IMG/VR virus record: IMGVR_UViG_3300047548_001872
Source of the DNA: a virus
Taxonomy: Duplodnaviria > Heunggongvirae > Uroviricota > Caudoviricetes
Direction: 5' to 3' (one strand)
Length of the DNA stretch: 64,000 nucleotides
Under the pieces are notes generated by a model. That model was not told where the DNA came from and did not search any database. It worked only from the letters and a program-made list of their open reading frames with translations. Below are positions 38,717 through 47,771 of the stretch, in pieces; the first letter of the stretch is position 1, and every line of letters begins with the position of its first letter. Position numbers and translations under genes: made by a program.

Positions 38717-38901
38717 TGTCTTTTTTTTGTCAATATTTTTACCATTACAATAATAAAAATTGCTCCCAACCCTACAATTGCAAATCGAATTACGTCTTTC
38801 TTTTTGTCAGACAATTCGTCGATTTTTTGCATCTCTTCATTTACGTTAAGGAGATATTCTTTAGCTCTTTGCCCTTCATTTTTATCATACACTAAACCCA
38901 T
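38713..38901 (-). CDS. tail-anchored membrane protein
   Basis: C-terminal TM segment FAIVGLGAIFIIVMV. Confidence 0.4.
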   Translation of the reverse strand: MGLVYDKNEGQRAKEYLLNVNEEMQKIDELSDKKKDVIRFAIVGLGAIFIIVMVKILTKKRQ

Positions 38902-38904
38902 AAT

Positions 38905-39396
38905 TTACTTTTTTAAGAGTTTGTAAACTAAAAATGCCCCCACGAGTACACCGCCAATCAACAAATAGTTCGTTGTTGCCTTTTTGTTTTTTGGTTTGGC
39001 ACTTGCTTGTTGTGCTTGTGATGGAGAATTAGGTGTGTTTCCCGAATCAACAAGACCACTTTCAGTTTTTATAGGCGTTGTTGTTGAACCTTGAGAGAGG
39101 TTGTTTGCCGTTGGTTTCGGAGGAATGACGTTTATAATTTCAGGAACTGTTGTGGTCGGTTGTGCGCCACCAATTACGCTTGGCTCTTTTGGAGGTGCAA
39201 TAGTTACAATGTTTCCTGAAACAACCAAAGATGGAGGCGGAGCTACTTCTTCCTTTATTGATGGTATTTGTGCCTCATACAAGCCCAAAACAGGTCTTGC
39301 TGGTGCTGGTTGCACGTAAGTTTCAGAGTCAAATATACCACCAACATTATTCGTATTGGTTGGAGTTTGTAACGGCATTGATTCTAAGGTAAGCAT
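38905..39396 (-). CDS. Pro/Thr-rich tail-anchored membrane protein
   Basis: C-terminal TM segment LLIGGVLVGAFLVY. Confidence 0.45.
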   Translation of the reverse strand: MLTLESMPLQTPTNTNNVGGIFDSETYVQPAPARPVLGLYEAQIPSIKEEVAPPPSLVVSGNIVTIAPPKEPSVIGGAQPTTTVPEIINVIPPKPTANNLSQGSTTTPIKTESGLVDSGNTPNSPSQAQQASAKPKNKKATTNYLLIGGVLVGAFLVYKLLKK

Positions 39397-39431
39397 AACA
39401 ATTGTTTTTAGTGGTTATTTTTTGGTGAAAC

Positions 39432-39992
39432 CTATAATTTCAAAGTATCCTCTCGATAGTACAATTCTAACTTTGGTGTTAGCATTCTATTGGCTTGCAA
39501 AAACGTTTTGTTTCTGTTAAAAGCATCGATTGATTGCTGGGATGGCTTTATTTTAAACCACTTGTAAACTCTCCCTTGTGGGTTTGTCATTTTGCCCTTG
39601 TCTTCAACAACGGAAATCACTTTTCCAACATTAACTCCCGATTCTTTAATTTGTCCAAATCGATTTGTTATAATGCCATCATTCACATAATTTTCAAGTC
39701 TTGCACGAACATCTGGAACTTTGGTGAACAGTGTCTTGTTGGAAAGCAATTTAGAAGCAACCTGAACATTATTCTTTAGAATAGCATCCAAGTTTTCTGG
39801 CACGGTTGCTTGTTCAACGGAAATCTCATCACCTGTAGGAGTTATGATTGTGTTTTCTTCAACATCTGCTTGAATGGATTCAGCTTGTGCTTTGATAATT
39901 TCCTTTCGTTTTCGATTAGAAACATAAGCGTATAGCCCAATTGCCCCTAATAGAGCGATTCCTGAATATATGTAAACTTTCTTTGAGTCCAT
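39432..39992 (-). CDS. N-anchored membrane protein
   Basis: TM segment IYSGIALLGAIGLYAYV. Confidence 0.45.
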   Translation of the reverse strand: MDSKKVYIYSGIALLGAIGLYAYVSNRKRKEIIKAQAESIQADVEENTIITPTGDEISVEQATVPENLDAILKNNVQVASKLLSNKTLFTKVPDVRARLENYVNDGIITNRFGQIKESGVNVGKVISVVEDKGKMTNPQGRVYKWFKIKPSQQSIDAFNRNKTFLQANRMLTPKLELYYREDTLKL

Positions 39993-39996
39993 TTTT

Positions 39997-40206
39997 TTAC
40001 TTTTTTGCTTCTTGAATTTTTTTCATAACCTCATCATAATCTTTCTTCAATGAAGAATCATTAGTGATGTCTTTTTGGGTTGCTTTTTTAAAAGTTGCAT
40101 ATAACAAAGATGCTACTATAACGCCAACCACTCCTACGACAATATATTCTTTTTTCATATTATTGTTTTTTGAATGTCTTGTAAACGTATGCCCCTGCCA
40201 AAACAA
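39997..40206 (-). CDS. small membrane protein
   Basis: TM segment IVVGVVGVIVASLLYA. Confidence 0.4.
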   Translation of the reverse strand: MFWQGHTFTRHSKNNNMKKEYIVVGVVGVIVASLLYATFKKATQKDITNDSSLKKDYDEVMKKIQEAKK

Positions 40207-40645
40207 CCCCTGCGATTAAAGCTACATTCAAGGCTGTTTTAACCTTGTTTTCCGTGAAAAAGTTAGAGACACCTCTAAGTGTACTACCTACAACATCCTG
40301 ACTTGCTCCTACACCTTGTAAAACAGGAGCAAAAATACCAGCATTAGCAAACGGGTCTAACTTATTATCATTTACATACTTCCGAAAAGAACTATTAAAA
40401 GTACGGCAATTCAAGTTACCGCTTAAATTGCCCGATTGGGCAAAAGCATAATTCCAAATATCATTAGCGGTTTCTTGACCAAAGTGTGCTTTTAGAAGTT
40501 TGTGCCATTGAGTCCAATCTTCGCAAGCCCACCAAGTATCATTACCCCACTCATCATAATCGGGAGCAGTATTCCAAGTTTTTACAGCCATAACACTTTT
40601 TTTTGTTTTCTTTTTAAAATTAAGCAGCTTTAACTGGTTGACCAT
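40160..40645 (-). CDS. tail-anchored membrane protein
   Basis: C-terminal TM segment ALIAGVVLAGAYVY. Confidence 0.45.
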   Translation of the reverse strand: MVNQLKLLNFKKKTKKSVMAVKTWNTAPDYDEWGNDTWWACEDWTQWHKLLKAHFGQETANDIWNYAFAQSGNLSGNLNCRTFNSSFRKYVNDNKLDPFANAGIFAPVLQGVGASQDVVGSTLRGVSNFFTENKVKTALNVALIAGVVLAGAYVYKTFKKQ

Positions 40646-41084
40646 TTACCTCAACGTAGCCTAATTTAGCTAACTCATTTGATAGCCTATCAATTTCAAG
40701 TTGTGCTTTTGCGTTTGTTCCAATAATTGAACCTCTTTGTAGATTGTATTGGGTTTGCGCTCCTAAACTTGAAAATCCTGAATTTGGTCTTGATGGTGGA
40801 ACGGGTTTTATTTTTGCTCTTTCAGCAGCAATTTGCTTGGCTAATTCTCTTGCAGTTTGCAAGTTATCAATGACCTGAGCAACTTGTGTTGGGGTAGTCA
40901 GCGTTGTTCCGCTTTGTGGCGAACCCTGAGAAGCAATCAAGGCAGCTTGCGCTTGATTTATTTGACCTTGTGTCAAAAGACCTCCTGATGCTTTTTTCTG
41001 AGCATTTTTAGACTTAAAGTATAAATATGCCCCAGCTCCTAAAAGCGTTAATGCTACTCCTCCTATAATTAAATTTCTACTCAT
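40620..41084 (-). CDS. N-anchored membrane protein
   Basis: TM segment LIIGGVALTLLGAGAYLY. Confidence 0.45.
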   Translation of the reverse strand: MSRNLIIGGVALTLLGAGAYLYFKSKNAQKKASGGLLTQGQINQAQAALIASQGSPQSGTTLTTPTQVAQVIDNLQTARELAKQIAAERAKIKPVPPSRPNSGFSSLGAQTQYNLQRGSIIGTNAKAQLEIDRLSNELAKLGYVEVNGQPVKAA

Positions 41085-41091
41085 GACAATT

Positions 41092-41397
41092 TTAAATTAA
41101 ATCAGACAATGTTGTTTTGTCAACTTGATACACTTCTTTGAGACGGGCTTCAGTCTTTGACCCAAAAATTCCATCAACAACCAAATTACCAAGTTTTTTT
41201 TGCAACTCCTCGACTTCTTTCCCACGACTACCCTTTGCCAAAACTAAAGAATAATCCAAGTCATCGCCAAGAACTTTTGATTTTTGTTGGTAATGCTTAA
41301 AAACAAAGTATGCACCAATTAAAATTAGTGCAGACGACAAATACAAGATTGTGGTTTTATTTTTCATTTCCTTCTTGATTAGGTTCGTTTTGACCAT
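41092..41397 (-). CDS. N-anchored membrane protein with peptidoglycan-binding domain
   Basis: TM segment plus GSRGKEVEELQKKLGNLVVDGIFGSKTEARLKEVYQ (PG_binding_1-like). Confidence 0.5.
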   Translation of the reverse strand: MVKTNLIKKEMKNKTTILYLSSALILIGAYFVFKHYQQKSKVLGDDLDYSLVLAKGSRGKEVEELQKKLGNLVVDGIFGSKTEARLKEVYQVDKTTLSDLI

Positions 41398-41572
41398 TAT
41401 CGGCAGCCTCTATTGGGGGCTTTAAAAATTCATCTTCTGAACTGATGTTTTCCGAATCCTTTTTTGTTGGTGCTTTTGGTTTTACATTTTTTACAGAATT
41501 GTAAATCATGTAACCCGTGAATGCAATAATTACCCCTGTTATGGCTAATGCCAAAATGTTTTTTGACTTCAT
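41357..41572 (-). CDS. small membrane protein
   Basis: TM segment ILALAITGVIIAFTGYMIY. Confidence 0.4.
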   Translation of the reverse strand: MKSKNILALAITGVIIAFTGYMIYNSVKNVKPKAPTKKDSENISSEDEFLKPPIEAADNGQNEPNQEGNEK

Positions 41573-41784
41573 TATTCCTTAGTTAATGCAAACCCTATTG
41601 CGAATGAAATTACGGCTACCACTACTACTGTATTGAAGTCGTACATTTTTGTTCTCAAGGGCTTTATTTGTTGAGATGTTGTTTCTTGTAACTTTGGCAA
41701 TTCTTTACCAGCTTTAACGATAGCGGTTTCCTCCGCTTCATTAAAATTTTCAATGTCGAATTTAGCTCCTGCAAAAGTTCCCAT
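41572..41784 (-). CDS. tail-anchored small membrane protein
   Basis: C-terminal TM segment VVVAVISFAIGFAL. Confidence 0.4.
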   Translation of the reverse strand: MGTFAGAKFDIENFNEAEETAIVKAGKELPKLQETTSQQIKPLRTKMYDFNTVVVVAVISFAIGFALTKE

Positions 41785-41790
41785 ACTGAT

Positions 41791-42576
41791 TTATTTTAAA
41801 ACCATGTTCTTTTTTTCAAAATTAGTGATAAAAGCATTGATTTTATCATATCTGGATTGATTTTGTATTGTAGGCGTTCCTAAAAAAACCTCCAAAAACG
41901 CTTGATACGCTTCGATTCTTGGATAGCCAAGACCCAAATAGATTAGCAATCCATTTAAGTCAGCCTCGGTCTCATCGTTAATATCATCATTCAGATAGAA
42001 ATGACTAAACTCATGGCACAAGATTGCAAATCGCATCGGAACTGTGTACTCATCGAATTTCTTCTTGCTTACCTGAATTCTACCTGTGGTTCTCGAAATC
42101 CGAGCAGGCGTTGATGCCTCTCCTCCATTTTTGCTTGGTATGATTGGTAAGTATTCAATCAAAAACTCGTTGTTGTCGGAAGTGTATGATTTGTTTGCTT
42201 CCAAATATGGGGAATTGAAGCAAAATCGTTGCGCAAAATCGACGAAATAATAAATGGTGGGGTTTGTTATGTCAACCACATCCAATCGCTTCTGTAAAGG
42301 CGTTTTTTCGATTCCTAAAACCCTAATATTCTTCTCTTGTTCTTTGGGCAAATTACCTCTTTTTTGGTCATACACAGAAACAATAACTGAGTTAGAAGTA
42401 ATAGGCATATTTACCATAAAAGTAAACTTGTTTGAAACTGTTTTGTACCTGTCCGTAAAAACAATTTTTGGTTTTTCAGCATCAACAATTTTGATAACTA
42501 CAACCGTCGGTGTAGTCACCTCAACGGTGATTGCCAAACACATCTCTTCAAAACGAGTATTTATTCGAAAATTCAT
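41791..42576 (-). CDS. putative zinc metallopeptidase (HExxH)
   Basis: FAILCHEFSHFYL contains HEFSH. Otherwise unassigned. Confidence 0.4.
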   Translation of the reverse strand: MNFRINTRFEEMCLAITVEVTTPTVVVIKIVDAEKPKIVFTDRYKTVSNKFTFMVNMPITSNSVIVSVYDQKRGNLPKEQEKNIRVLGIEKTPLQKRLDVVDITNPTIYYFVDFAQRFCFNSPYLEANKSYTSDNNEFLIEYLPIIPSKNGGEASTPARISRTTGRIQVSKKKFDEYTVPMRFAILCHEFSHFYLNDDINDETEADLNGLLIYLGLGYPRIEAYQAFLEVFLGTPTIQNQSRYDKINAFITNFEKKNMVLK

Positions 42577-42878
42577 TTCTTTCTTTTTTGGTAAATACTA
42601 TATCCAATACCAGCAGCTATGATTAAAATAGAAACCCCAATAGCAACATTGCTTAACCCGATGAAATTAGATTTTGCCTTTGGGTTTTCCCCAAGACCTA
42701 AATCTCCTTCTTTGTTATCATCAAATTTGCTTAAAAGATTGCTTTTCATCGAGGCTAAGGTATCTTGAACTTTTTTATTCAAGATGAAATTACCCTTTTC
42801 TTTTTCTCTTTCAATCCAGTCTTTGAAGGAAAGGGTTGTACCGCTTTCTCTCCATAGTTGATTTGCACTCTTATCCAT
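42573..42878 (-). CDS. tail-anchored membrane protein
   Basis: C-terminal TM segment VAIGVSILIIAAGIGY. Confidence 0.45.
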   Translation of the reverse strand: MDKSANQLWRESGTTLSFKDWIEREKEKGNFILNKKVQDTLASMKSNLLSKFDDNKEGDLGLGENPKAKSNFIGLSNVAIGVSILIIAAGIGYSIYQKRKK

Positions 42879-42879
42879 A

Positions 42880-43041
42880 TTATTTTGTTGTTGTTTGAGG
42901 ATTAACTTTCACCATAGATTTCAAGTCTTGAAATTCGGCTTCTACTTCTTGTTTGGGCTTTAAATAGCCTCTGTAAAGGAACACTAAAGCACCTACGCCA
43001 ATGGTAACTAAAACTATTCCCGTTATTTGCTTTTGTGTCAT
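42880..43041 (-). CDS. micro membrane protein (53 aa, below ORF-track cutoff)
   Basis: MTQKQITGIVLVTIGVGALVFLY... Confidence 0.35.
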   Translation of the reverse strand: MTQKQITGIVLVTIGVGALVFLYRGYLKPKQEVEAEFQDLKSMVKVNPQTTTK

Positions 43042-43089
43042 CTTTAGTCGTTTTTAATTAGTACTTTCTTGTAAAGATACGTTTTACAA

Positions 43090-43260
43090 TTAAAGTTGAC
43101 TACCTTTTAAGGGTTTTAATTCAACTTTTTCTTCAGTAGCTAAAACGGCTTCTTCCTTCACCTTGGGTGCGGAAACTTTATTTCTTTTCGAGAAATAATT
43201 ATAAGCTAAAACGCCTAATACTACTACACCTGCTCCGATTAATAAATTTTTGTTTTTCAT
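43090..43260 (-). CDS. micro membrane protein (56 aa)
   Basis: MKNKNLLIGAGVVVLGVLAYNYF... Confidence 0.35.
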   Translation of the reverse strand: MKNKNLLIGAGVVVLGVLAYNYFSKRNKVSAPKVKEEAVLATEEKVELKPLKGSQL

Positions 43261-43270
43261 GATTCAAATA

Positions 43271-43405
43271 TTAAGCTGTTTGACTTTTTTTCCATGCACG
43301 ACCTACTAAATAAACTGCTGCAAAAACAGTGATTGCCGTAACTGCTAAACCACCTACTAATTGCATAGTTGTTGGTTTGTTTTTTTCATCAAAAAATGTG
43401 TCCAT
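43271..43405 (-). CDS. micro membrane protein (44 aa), paralog of 43434..43547
   Basis: ...QLVGGLAVTAITVFAAVYLVGRAWKKSQTA. Confidence 0.35.
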   Translation of the reverse strand: MDTFFDEKNKPTTMQLVGGLAVTAITVFAAVYLVGRAWKKSQTA

Positions 43406-43433
43406 GACTTGTTTTTTTTTAAAAGATTAATAA

Positions 43434-43547
43434 TTAGTTTTTCTGGCTTTTTTTCCAAGCCTTTCCTGCAATATATACAGTTCCGTAAATTACGGCTAAT
43501 GATAGTGCCAATCCTAACACTCCCATTACTAAGTTTGGTTTTTTCAT
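43434..43547 (-). CDS. micro membrane protein (37 aa), paralog of 43271..43405
   Basis: MKKPNLVMGVLGLALSLAVIYGTVYIAGKAWKKSQKN. Confidence 0.35.
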   Translation of the reverse strand: MKKPNLVMGVLGLALSLAVIYGTVYIAGKAWKKSQKN

Positions 43548-43551
43548 GATT

Positions 43552-43779
43552 TTACTTTCTTACAATTATTGATGTAGCCACACCTCCAATAATACCCCCA
43601 ACAAGACCAGAGATGTAAATATTCTTGTCTTTCCAATAACCCACCATAAGACCAATCAAAAGACCCGTTACAGCGCCCTCAACCGATGCTTTGGTAGTGA
43701 GCTGTAGAATCTCTCTTTTGTCTTTATCGGTAATCTGCTTAACTTCTTGAAGATAGTCTTTCGTAATAGGCATAATCAA
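43552..43779 (-). CDS. small membrane protein with glycine-zipper-like TM segments
   Basis: GAVTGLLIGLMVGY and GLVGGIIGGVATSIIV. Confidence 0.45.
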   Translation of the reverse strand: MIMPITKDYLQEVKQITDKDKREILQLTTKASVEGAVTGLLIGLMVGYWKDKNIYISGLVGGIIGGVATSIIVRK

Positions 43780-43780
43780 A

Positions 43781-44089
43781 TTATTTTCTTGTTACTGCAA
43801 ATATTACTAAACCCAAAACAAAAACTCCCCCAACACCTAAACCAATATATAGAGGCAAATTGCTTTTACCATCACCTTGTTTTGCTCCTTGTAGTTGAGC
43901 TAATGCGGTTTGCTGATTAATTTGAGCAAGCTGAAGTTGTTTGTCTGCAATTTCTTTTGCATTATTTGCTTGTTCTCTTGCTAAATCTCTTTGTTGTTTG
44001 CTGCCAAAAGCAGCAACACCTAAGCCTAACACAGAACTAATGCCACTTGCGATAGCACCTTGACCTAATTCAGTTGAAAAAAAACCCAT
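43781..44089 (-). CDS. membrane protein
   Basis: GAIASGISSVLGLGVAAFG plus C-terminal TM segment YIGLGVGGVFVLGLVIFAV. Confidence 0.45.
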   Translation of the reverse strand: MGFFSTELGQGAIASGISSVLGLGVAAFGSKQQRDLAREQANNAKEIADKQLQLAQINQQTALAQLQGAKQGDGKSNLPLYIGLGVGGVFVLGLVIFAVTRK

Positions 44090-44091
44090 AA

Positions 44092-44367
44092 TTATAAATT
44101 TAGTTTATCTTGATTTTTATCTACCCAAATAGAAAAAGCCTTGTTAAAAGACACGTTTTTTCTTAACCCATTAAACACGGCATCAATTAACTGATTAGTA
44201 TCAAAATTCTCTGCATCAATTGTAACCCCATTTTGGTTAAGCAATATTGCTATTTCCATAGGGTATAATCCAACCGATTGCCCAATCAATTTTGAAATTT
44301 GCTCCTGATTCATACTATTGATTTTTTTTAGAAACAAAATAGATGATTCCTCCAATAACAGCCACAC
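44092..44367 (-). CDS. hypothetical protein
   Basis: 91 aa. Confidence 0.4.
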   Translation of the reverse strand: MWLLLEESSILFLKKINSMNQEQISKLIGQSVGLYPMEIAILLNQNGVTIDAENFDTNQLIDAVFNGLRKNVSFNKAFSIWVDKNQDKLNL

Positions 44368-45031
44368 CTAAAACACCTAATAATATGTAAGTACCAGTGT
44401 TAGAACCTTTGGTCTGAGGACTTACATCAGATGCTTGTGGAATGTTAATTGACGGGCTTCCTTGTGCTTGCGCTTGCGCTTTTGTTGCCTCTGCGATAGC
44501 AATATTTGCTTCGTTTGTACTTTTCGTCTTTAAGAAGTCTAAAGCCATATTACCAACAGTAAAAATACTTGTCCAAAGCCCTTTTGGAGCTGCCGTTGCT
44601 TGACCCTCGCTTGTTGAAACTAAAGGAGGTGTCGAAGGAGCGTCTTTTTGAGTGCTAAAATCTAAGCCAAATTGAAATGGCGAACCTGTTGCGTTGTTAT
44701 ATCCACCATCCATTCTTAGGTATTGGGCTTCCTCAACAAATCTAAAGTAATCCGCTTCTTCGGTGAAACCAAAGAATTGTGGGTCTTCGGTGAAGTTTTT
44801 AAACTCACCAAAAATTCTTCCTAAAACAACTGGTTTTGCTAAAAACGCACGTAAATCCTTGTCAAAAGACTTGGAAACTTTCATTGTTGTGACAATCAAA
44901 TCAACGATGTCTCTATCAGATGCTCTGGGTGGAACAATAACACCATTTTTTTTCAACAAAGAAACCATACTTTGCTTGTAGTACTTAACGAGCAATACAA
45001 TAATCATTGCTCCCATATTTTCTTTTCCCAT
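44315..45031 (-). CDS. tail-anchored membrane protein
   Basis: C-terminal TM segment YILLGVLGVAVIGGIIYFV. Confidence 0.45.
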   Translation of the reverse strand: MGKENMGAMIIVLLVKYYKQSMVSLLKKNGVIVPPRASDRDIVDLIVTTMKVSKSFDKDLRAFLAKPVVLGRIFGEFKNFTEDPQFFGFTEEADYFRFVEEAQYLRMDGGYNNATGSPFQFGLDFSTQKDAPSTPPLVSTSEGQATAAPKGLWTSIFTVGNMALDFLKTKSTNEANIAIAEATKAQAQAQGSPSINIPQASDVSPQTKGSNTGTYILLGVLGVAVIGGIIYFVSKKNQ

Positions 45032-45035
45032 TTTT

Positions 45036-45437
45036 TTATTTTTTAAGAATTAATGCCGTTGCAATAAATAATGCTGAAACCACCAAAATCACATTGGTTT
45101 GATGCGCTAATGTAGTGGATTCTGACTTTGCTTTTCCAACAATTTCACTTCCACTTGCATTCATGAAGTGTTCTTGATAATTCATTCGTGCTTTTGAGGT
45201 TGCACAAGACGGACAATTGCATCCTGAATTTGAATCTTTGGAGTACATTTCTAAAATGATTTCCTTATCAGGGTGAAAGTCCATAATTTTTTTCAAGGCA
45301 GGCTCACCTACTTGATTTACCAACTCGCTTAAACTTTGACCTAAGTCTTTGTTTGAAACCACCTCATAACCAAATGAATTGATAATTGAAATAGCCCCAT
45401 TCGGGTCGGATTCGGCAATATATTTGTAAACATTCAT
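45036..45437 (-). CDS. tail-anchored membrane protein with Cys motif
   Basis: CNCPSCATS. C-terminal TM segment VILVVSALFIATALIL. Confidence 0.45.
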   Translation of the reverse strand: MNVYKYIAESDPNGAISIINSFGYEVVSNKDLGQSLSELVNQVGEPALKKIMDFHPDKEIILEMYSKDSNSGCNCPSCATSKARMNYQEHFMNASGSEIVGKAKSESTTLAHQTNVILVVSALFIATALILKK

Positions 45438-45454
45438 AATCTACCTTTTTAAGT

Positions 45455-45495
45455 AAAAAAGGGCAAGTAGAATAAAGTCTATCTTGCCCTTTCTT
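45455..45495 (-). terminator. intrinsic terminator downstream of the candidate capsid gene
   Basis: GGGCAAG-tagaataaagtctat-CTTGCCC flanked by A6 on + (a U-run on the minus-strand transcript). Confidence 0.55.
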
Positions 45496-45531
45496 TATTA
45501 TACAATAATCGGTTTAAAGCATATTGCTTAA

Positions 45532-46224
45532 TTACGCTTTCAACTTGATGGTTTGACCATTAGTTACAGGCGGAGTGCCGAATTGTCTGCTTACTGGTTG
45601 ACCTCCCAATGCACGAGCAAGGTTGATATTATCAGCAGGGTAGAAGTACAATTTCAAGGTGGCGTTAGCCAAAACTTGACGGATGATGATTTTGGTGAAA
45701 CCATCGATACGGTAAGCGTACTTCATCGCAATGATGTTCGTTTGTTGCTGATATGGGTCAATTGTTGGCACTAAAGTTTTTTGCGCCAAGTTACCATTTG
45801 CGTCACGAGTGTTTACGGACAACGTTTCCAAAACTTGGTTAGCCGTAGCAGACTGAATGTAAGTTAAACCTACACTGTACGGGTTGTTCATGAATTGGTA
45901 AAGCATTTCACGGTAAGTGATGTCAGGAATACCTGAACTGATTGTTACCGAACCTACAACTAAGTCTCCACCTGAAGTGAAACCTGAGTTGTTGATGTAT
46001 TGGTAAGAACCTAATACTTCAAAATTTGACACGGCAGAACCTGAAGTGGAAGTTACCGTTACGATGTATGGTTGAGAAGTTTGAACGTTCCCTCCCATTC
46101 CTGATGCGTTGAAGAAGTCATCACCTGTGAATGACAAGTCTTCGTCAATGAAACCATCTGCATTCGCAAAATTTTCCATTGCATTACGCTGGGCAGTTGC
46201 TAAATAGCGTCTTACGTTTGACAT
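45532..46224 (-). CDS. candidate major capsid/coat protein (beta-rich, jelly-roll-like)
   Basis: 230 aa, rich in T/S/G/V/N/Y. A monocistronic-looking unit with a strong downstream terminator. No motif-level proof. Confidence 0.35.
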   Translation of the reverse strand: MSNVRRYLATAQRNAMENFANADGFIDEDLSFTGDDFFNASGMGGNVQTSQPYIVTVTSTSGSAVSNFEVLGSYQYINNSGFTSGGDLVVGSVTISSGIPDITYREMLYQFMNNPYSVGLTYIQSATANQVLETLSVNTRDANGNLAQKTLVPTIDPYQQQTNIIAMKYAYRIDGFTKIIIRQVLANATLKLYFYPADNINLARALGGQPVSRQFGTPPVTNGQTIKLKA

Positions 46225-46532
46225 TTTGTTTTGTTTTTGATATTGTTAAAAAAATTTTTCAAATTCGGTTGACTACCCGATTACTTTGTTGCATCTGTTT
46301 TCTTGGTTAAGAAGTTAGTTTGAACATAGTTCGCAACTAAAACGCCTACCACAACAGTACCAACGGCTTTCAAAAAAGGAACAACTTGATTCATTTCAGA
46401 ATGATTATTGATTAAACTTATTTTTTTTAATAATTATTTACAGAAATAATATTGTTCCAAATTTATAATACTATTTTTTTTAAACGTTAGCAAATCAAAA
46501 CATTATCCTAAAATTATAAATGCGCTATAATT

Positions 46533-46961
46533 TTAGTTTACGACTAAGACAAAAGCCAATGCTAATGTTGCAAGAGTTGTCAATTTGTAAAATACAGTCT
46601 TTCGCTTCTCGGATTTAAGTTCCGCTTCTCTTTGTTTTAGCTGCTCTTTAAAAATATCCCTTTGCTCATCCTTATTAGAAATGATACTTTCCAAATTGAA
46701 AATCTGTTTATCCTTATTGAAGATAATACTGTCTTTTAAGGAAACCTTCTCTTTGAGTAACTTGAAATTTTCCCGAACAATTTTTATTTCGGCTTTACAT
46801 ACATCACCATTAACAAGGTCATTGGCTACCTTTCGTGCTATGGAGGTGTCGATACACACCAAGCGTAAGGAATCATTTTTTTTGCTTGTATCGTTCTGTG
46901 AAATAGCGTTCCCACATGCGAGCATCATAATGCTTAAAACGATTAATTTTAACTTTGCCAT
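46533..46961 (-). CDS. lipoprotein with coiled coil and C-terminal TM (u-spanin-like architecture)
   Basis: Signal peptide plus lipobox IMMLACGN, coiled coil, and C-terminal TM segment LTTLATLALAFVLVV. Overlaps the upstream gene by ~90 nt. Confidence 0.4.
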   Translation of the reverse strand: MAKLKLIVLSIMMLACGNAISQNDTSKKNDSLRLVCIDTSIARKVANDLVNGDVCKAEIKIVRENFKLLKEKVSLKDSIIFNKDKQIFNLESIISNKDEQRDIFKEQLKQREAELKSEKRKTVFYKLTTLATLALAFVLVVN

Positions 46962-47226
46962 CTTTTCTGATTTTTTCGATTATTTGATTGTTCTCATCGA
47001 TTTTGTCGTCGATGCTTAATATTTTGACTTGAAAATCTTCTATCTTTTTTTGATATTCTTCATTTTCCTTCCGTAGTTTTTTTATCTCTGATTCTATCTC
47101 ATCTATTCGCTTGACCATATAGTCATTGCTAATAGAAGTAGTGTAGTTAAAAAACATTGTTACAAAAAGCAATACCAAAAGAATACCTCCAAGTATTAAA
47201 CTCGATTTGTTTTTTATTTGCTCCAT
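46873..47226 (-). CDS. N-anchored coiled-coil membrane protein (i-spanin-like)
   Basis: TM segment LILGGILLVLLFVTMFF, then a charged coiled coil. Partly overlaps 46533..46961. Confidence 0.4.
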   Translation of the reverse strand: MEQIKNKSSLILGGILLVLLFVTMFFNYTTSISNDYMVKRIDEIESEIKKLRKENEEYQKKIEDFQVKILSIDDKIDENNQIIEKIRKDGKVKINRFKHYDARMWERYFTERYKQKK

Positions 47227-47227
47227 A

Positions 47228-47755
47228 CTAACTTTCGTTTTGAGAAATTACACCTTGACTATTTAGTCTTATGACTCTAACATTATTTGGCCGCCTAACT
47301 TTCCAAGAAGTACGACGAATTGCACTAAGTCTTGATTTTTCAATTCTTACAACACAAACCGAATTGTTTTGATTGCCCCCAAGCACATGATAGCACACAT
47401 CGTCTTCACCTACATAAATTCCTACGTGACCGCCTCCCTTACGCTTAAAGGTAAGTACATCGCCAAGCATGGCAACTGTTTGCCTTGTGCCAAACTTATT
47501 CCAATTTAATGCCCAAAGACCATCTTGATAGGAGAAAGGGATATCCAAGCCTGCTTGATGGATGACATACCCCATGAATAATCCGCACCACGGAATTTCA
47601 TCAGCTTTATAGATATTCTCTAAGTCTAAAGTTTTTGCCCAGCCTAAAATTGTAGGGTTATGCTTGCTCCCCACAATTTCTTTTACCCCGATTAGCTTTT
47701 TAGCCTCGACCAAAATTTTTGGGGCGTTTTCTTGATTCAAATAATTGTAATTCAT
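47228..47755 (-). CDS. CHAP/NlpC-P60-family peptidoglycan peptidase (endolysin candidate)
   Basis: Catalytic Cys context EIPWCGLFMGYV and His GGGHVGIYVG. Confidence 0.55.
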   Translation of the reverse strand: MNYNYLNQENAPKILVEAKKLIGVKEIVGSKHNPTILGWAKTLDLENIYKADEIPWCGLFMGYVIHQAGLDIPFSYQDGLWALNWNKFGTRQTVAMLGDVLTFKRKGGGHVGIYVGEDDVCYHVLGGNQNNSVCVVRIEKSRLSAIRRTSWKVRRPNNVRVIRLNSQGVISQNES

Positions 47756-47771
47756 TTCCTTCTTGAGTTTT

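Noticed and set aside
43361-43549. Plus-strand ORF of 62 aa
   Set aside because: It lies antisense to two paralogous minus-strand micro membrane-protein genes that fit the surrounding gene array.
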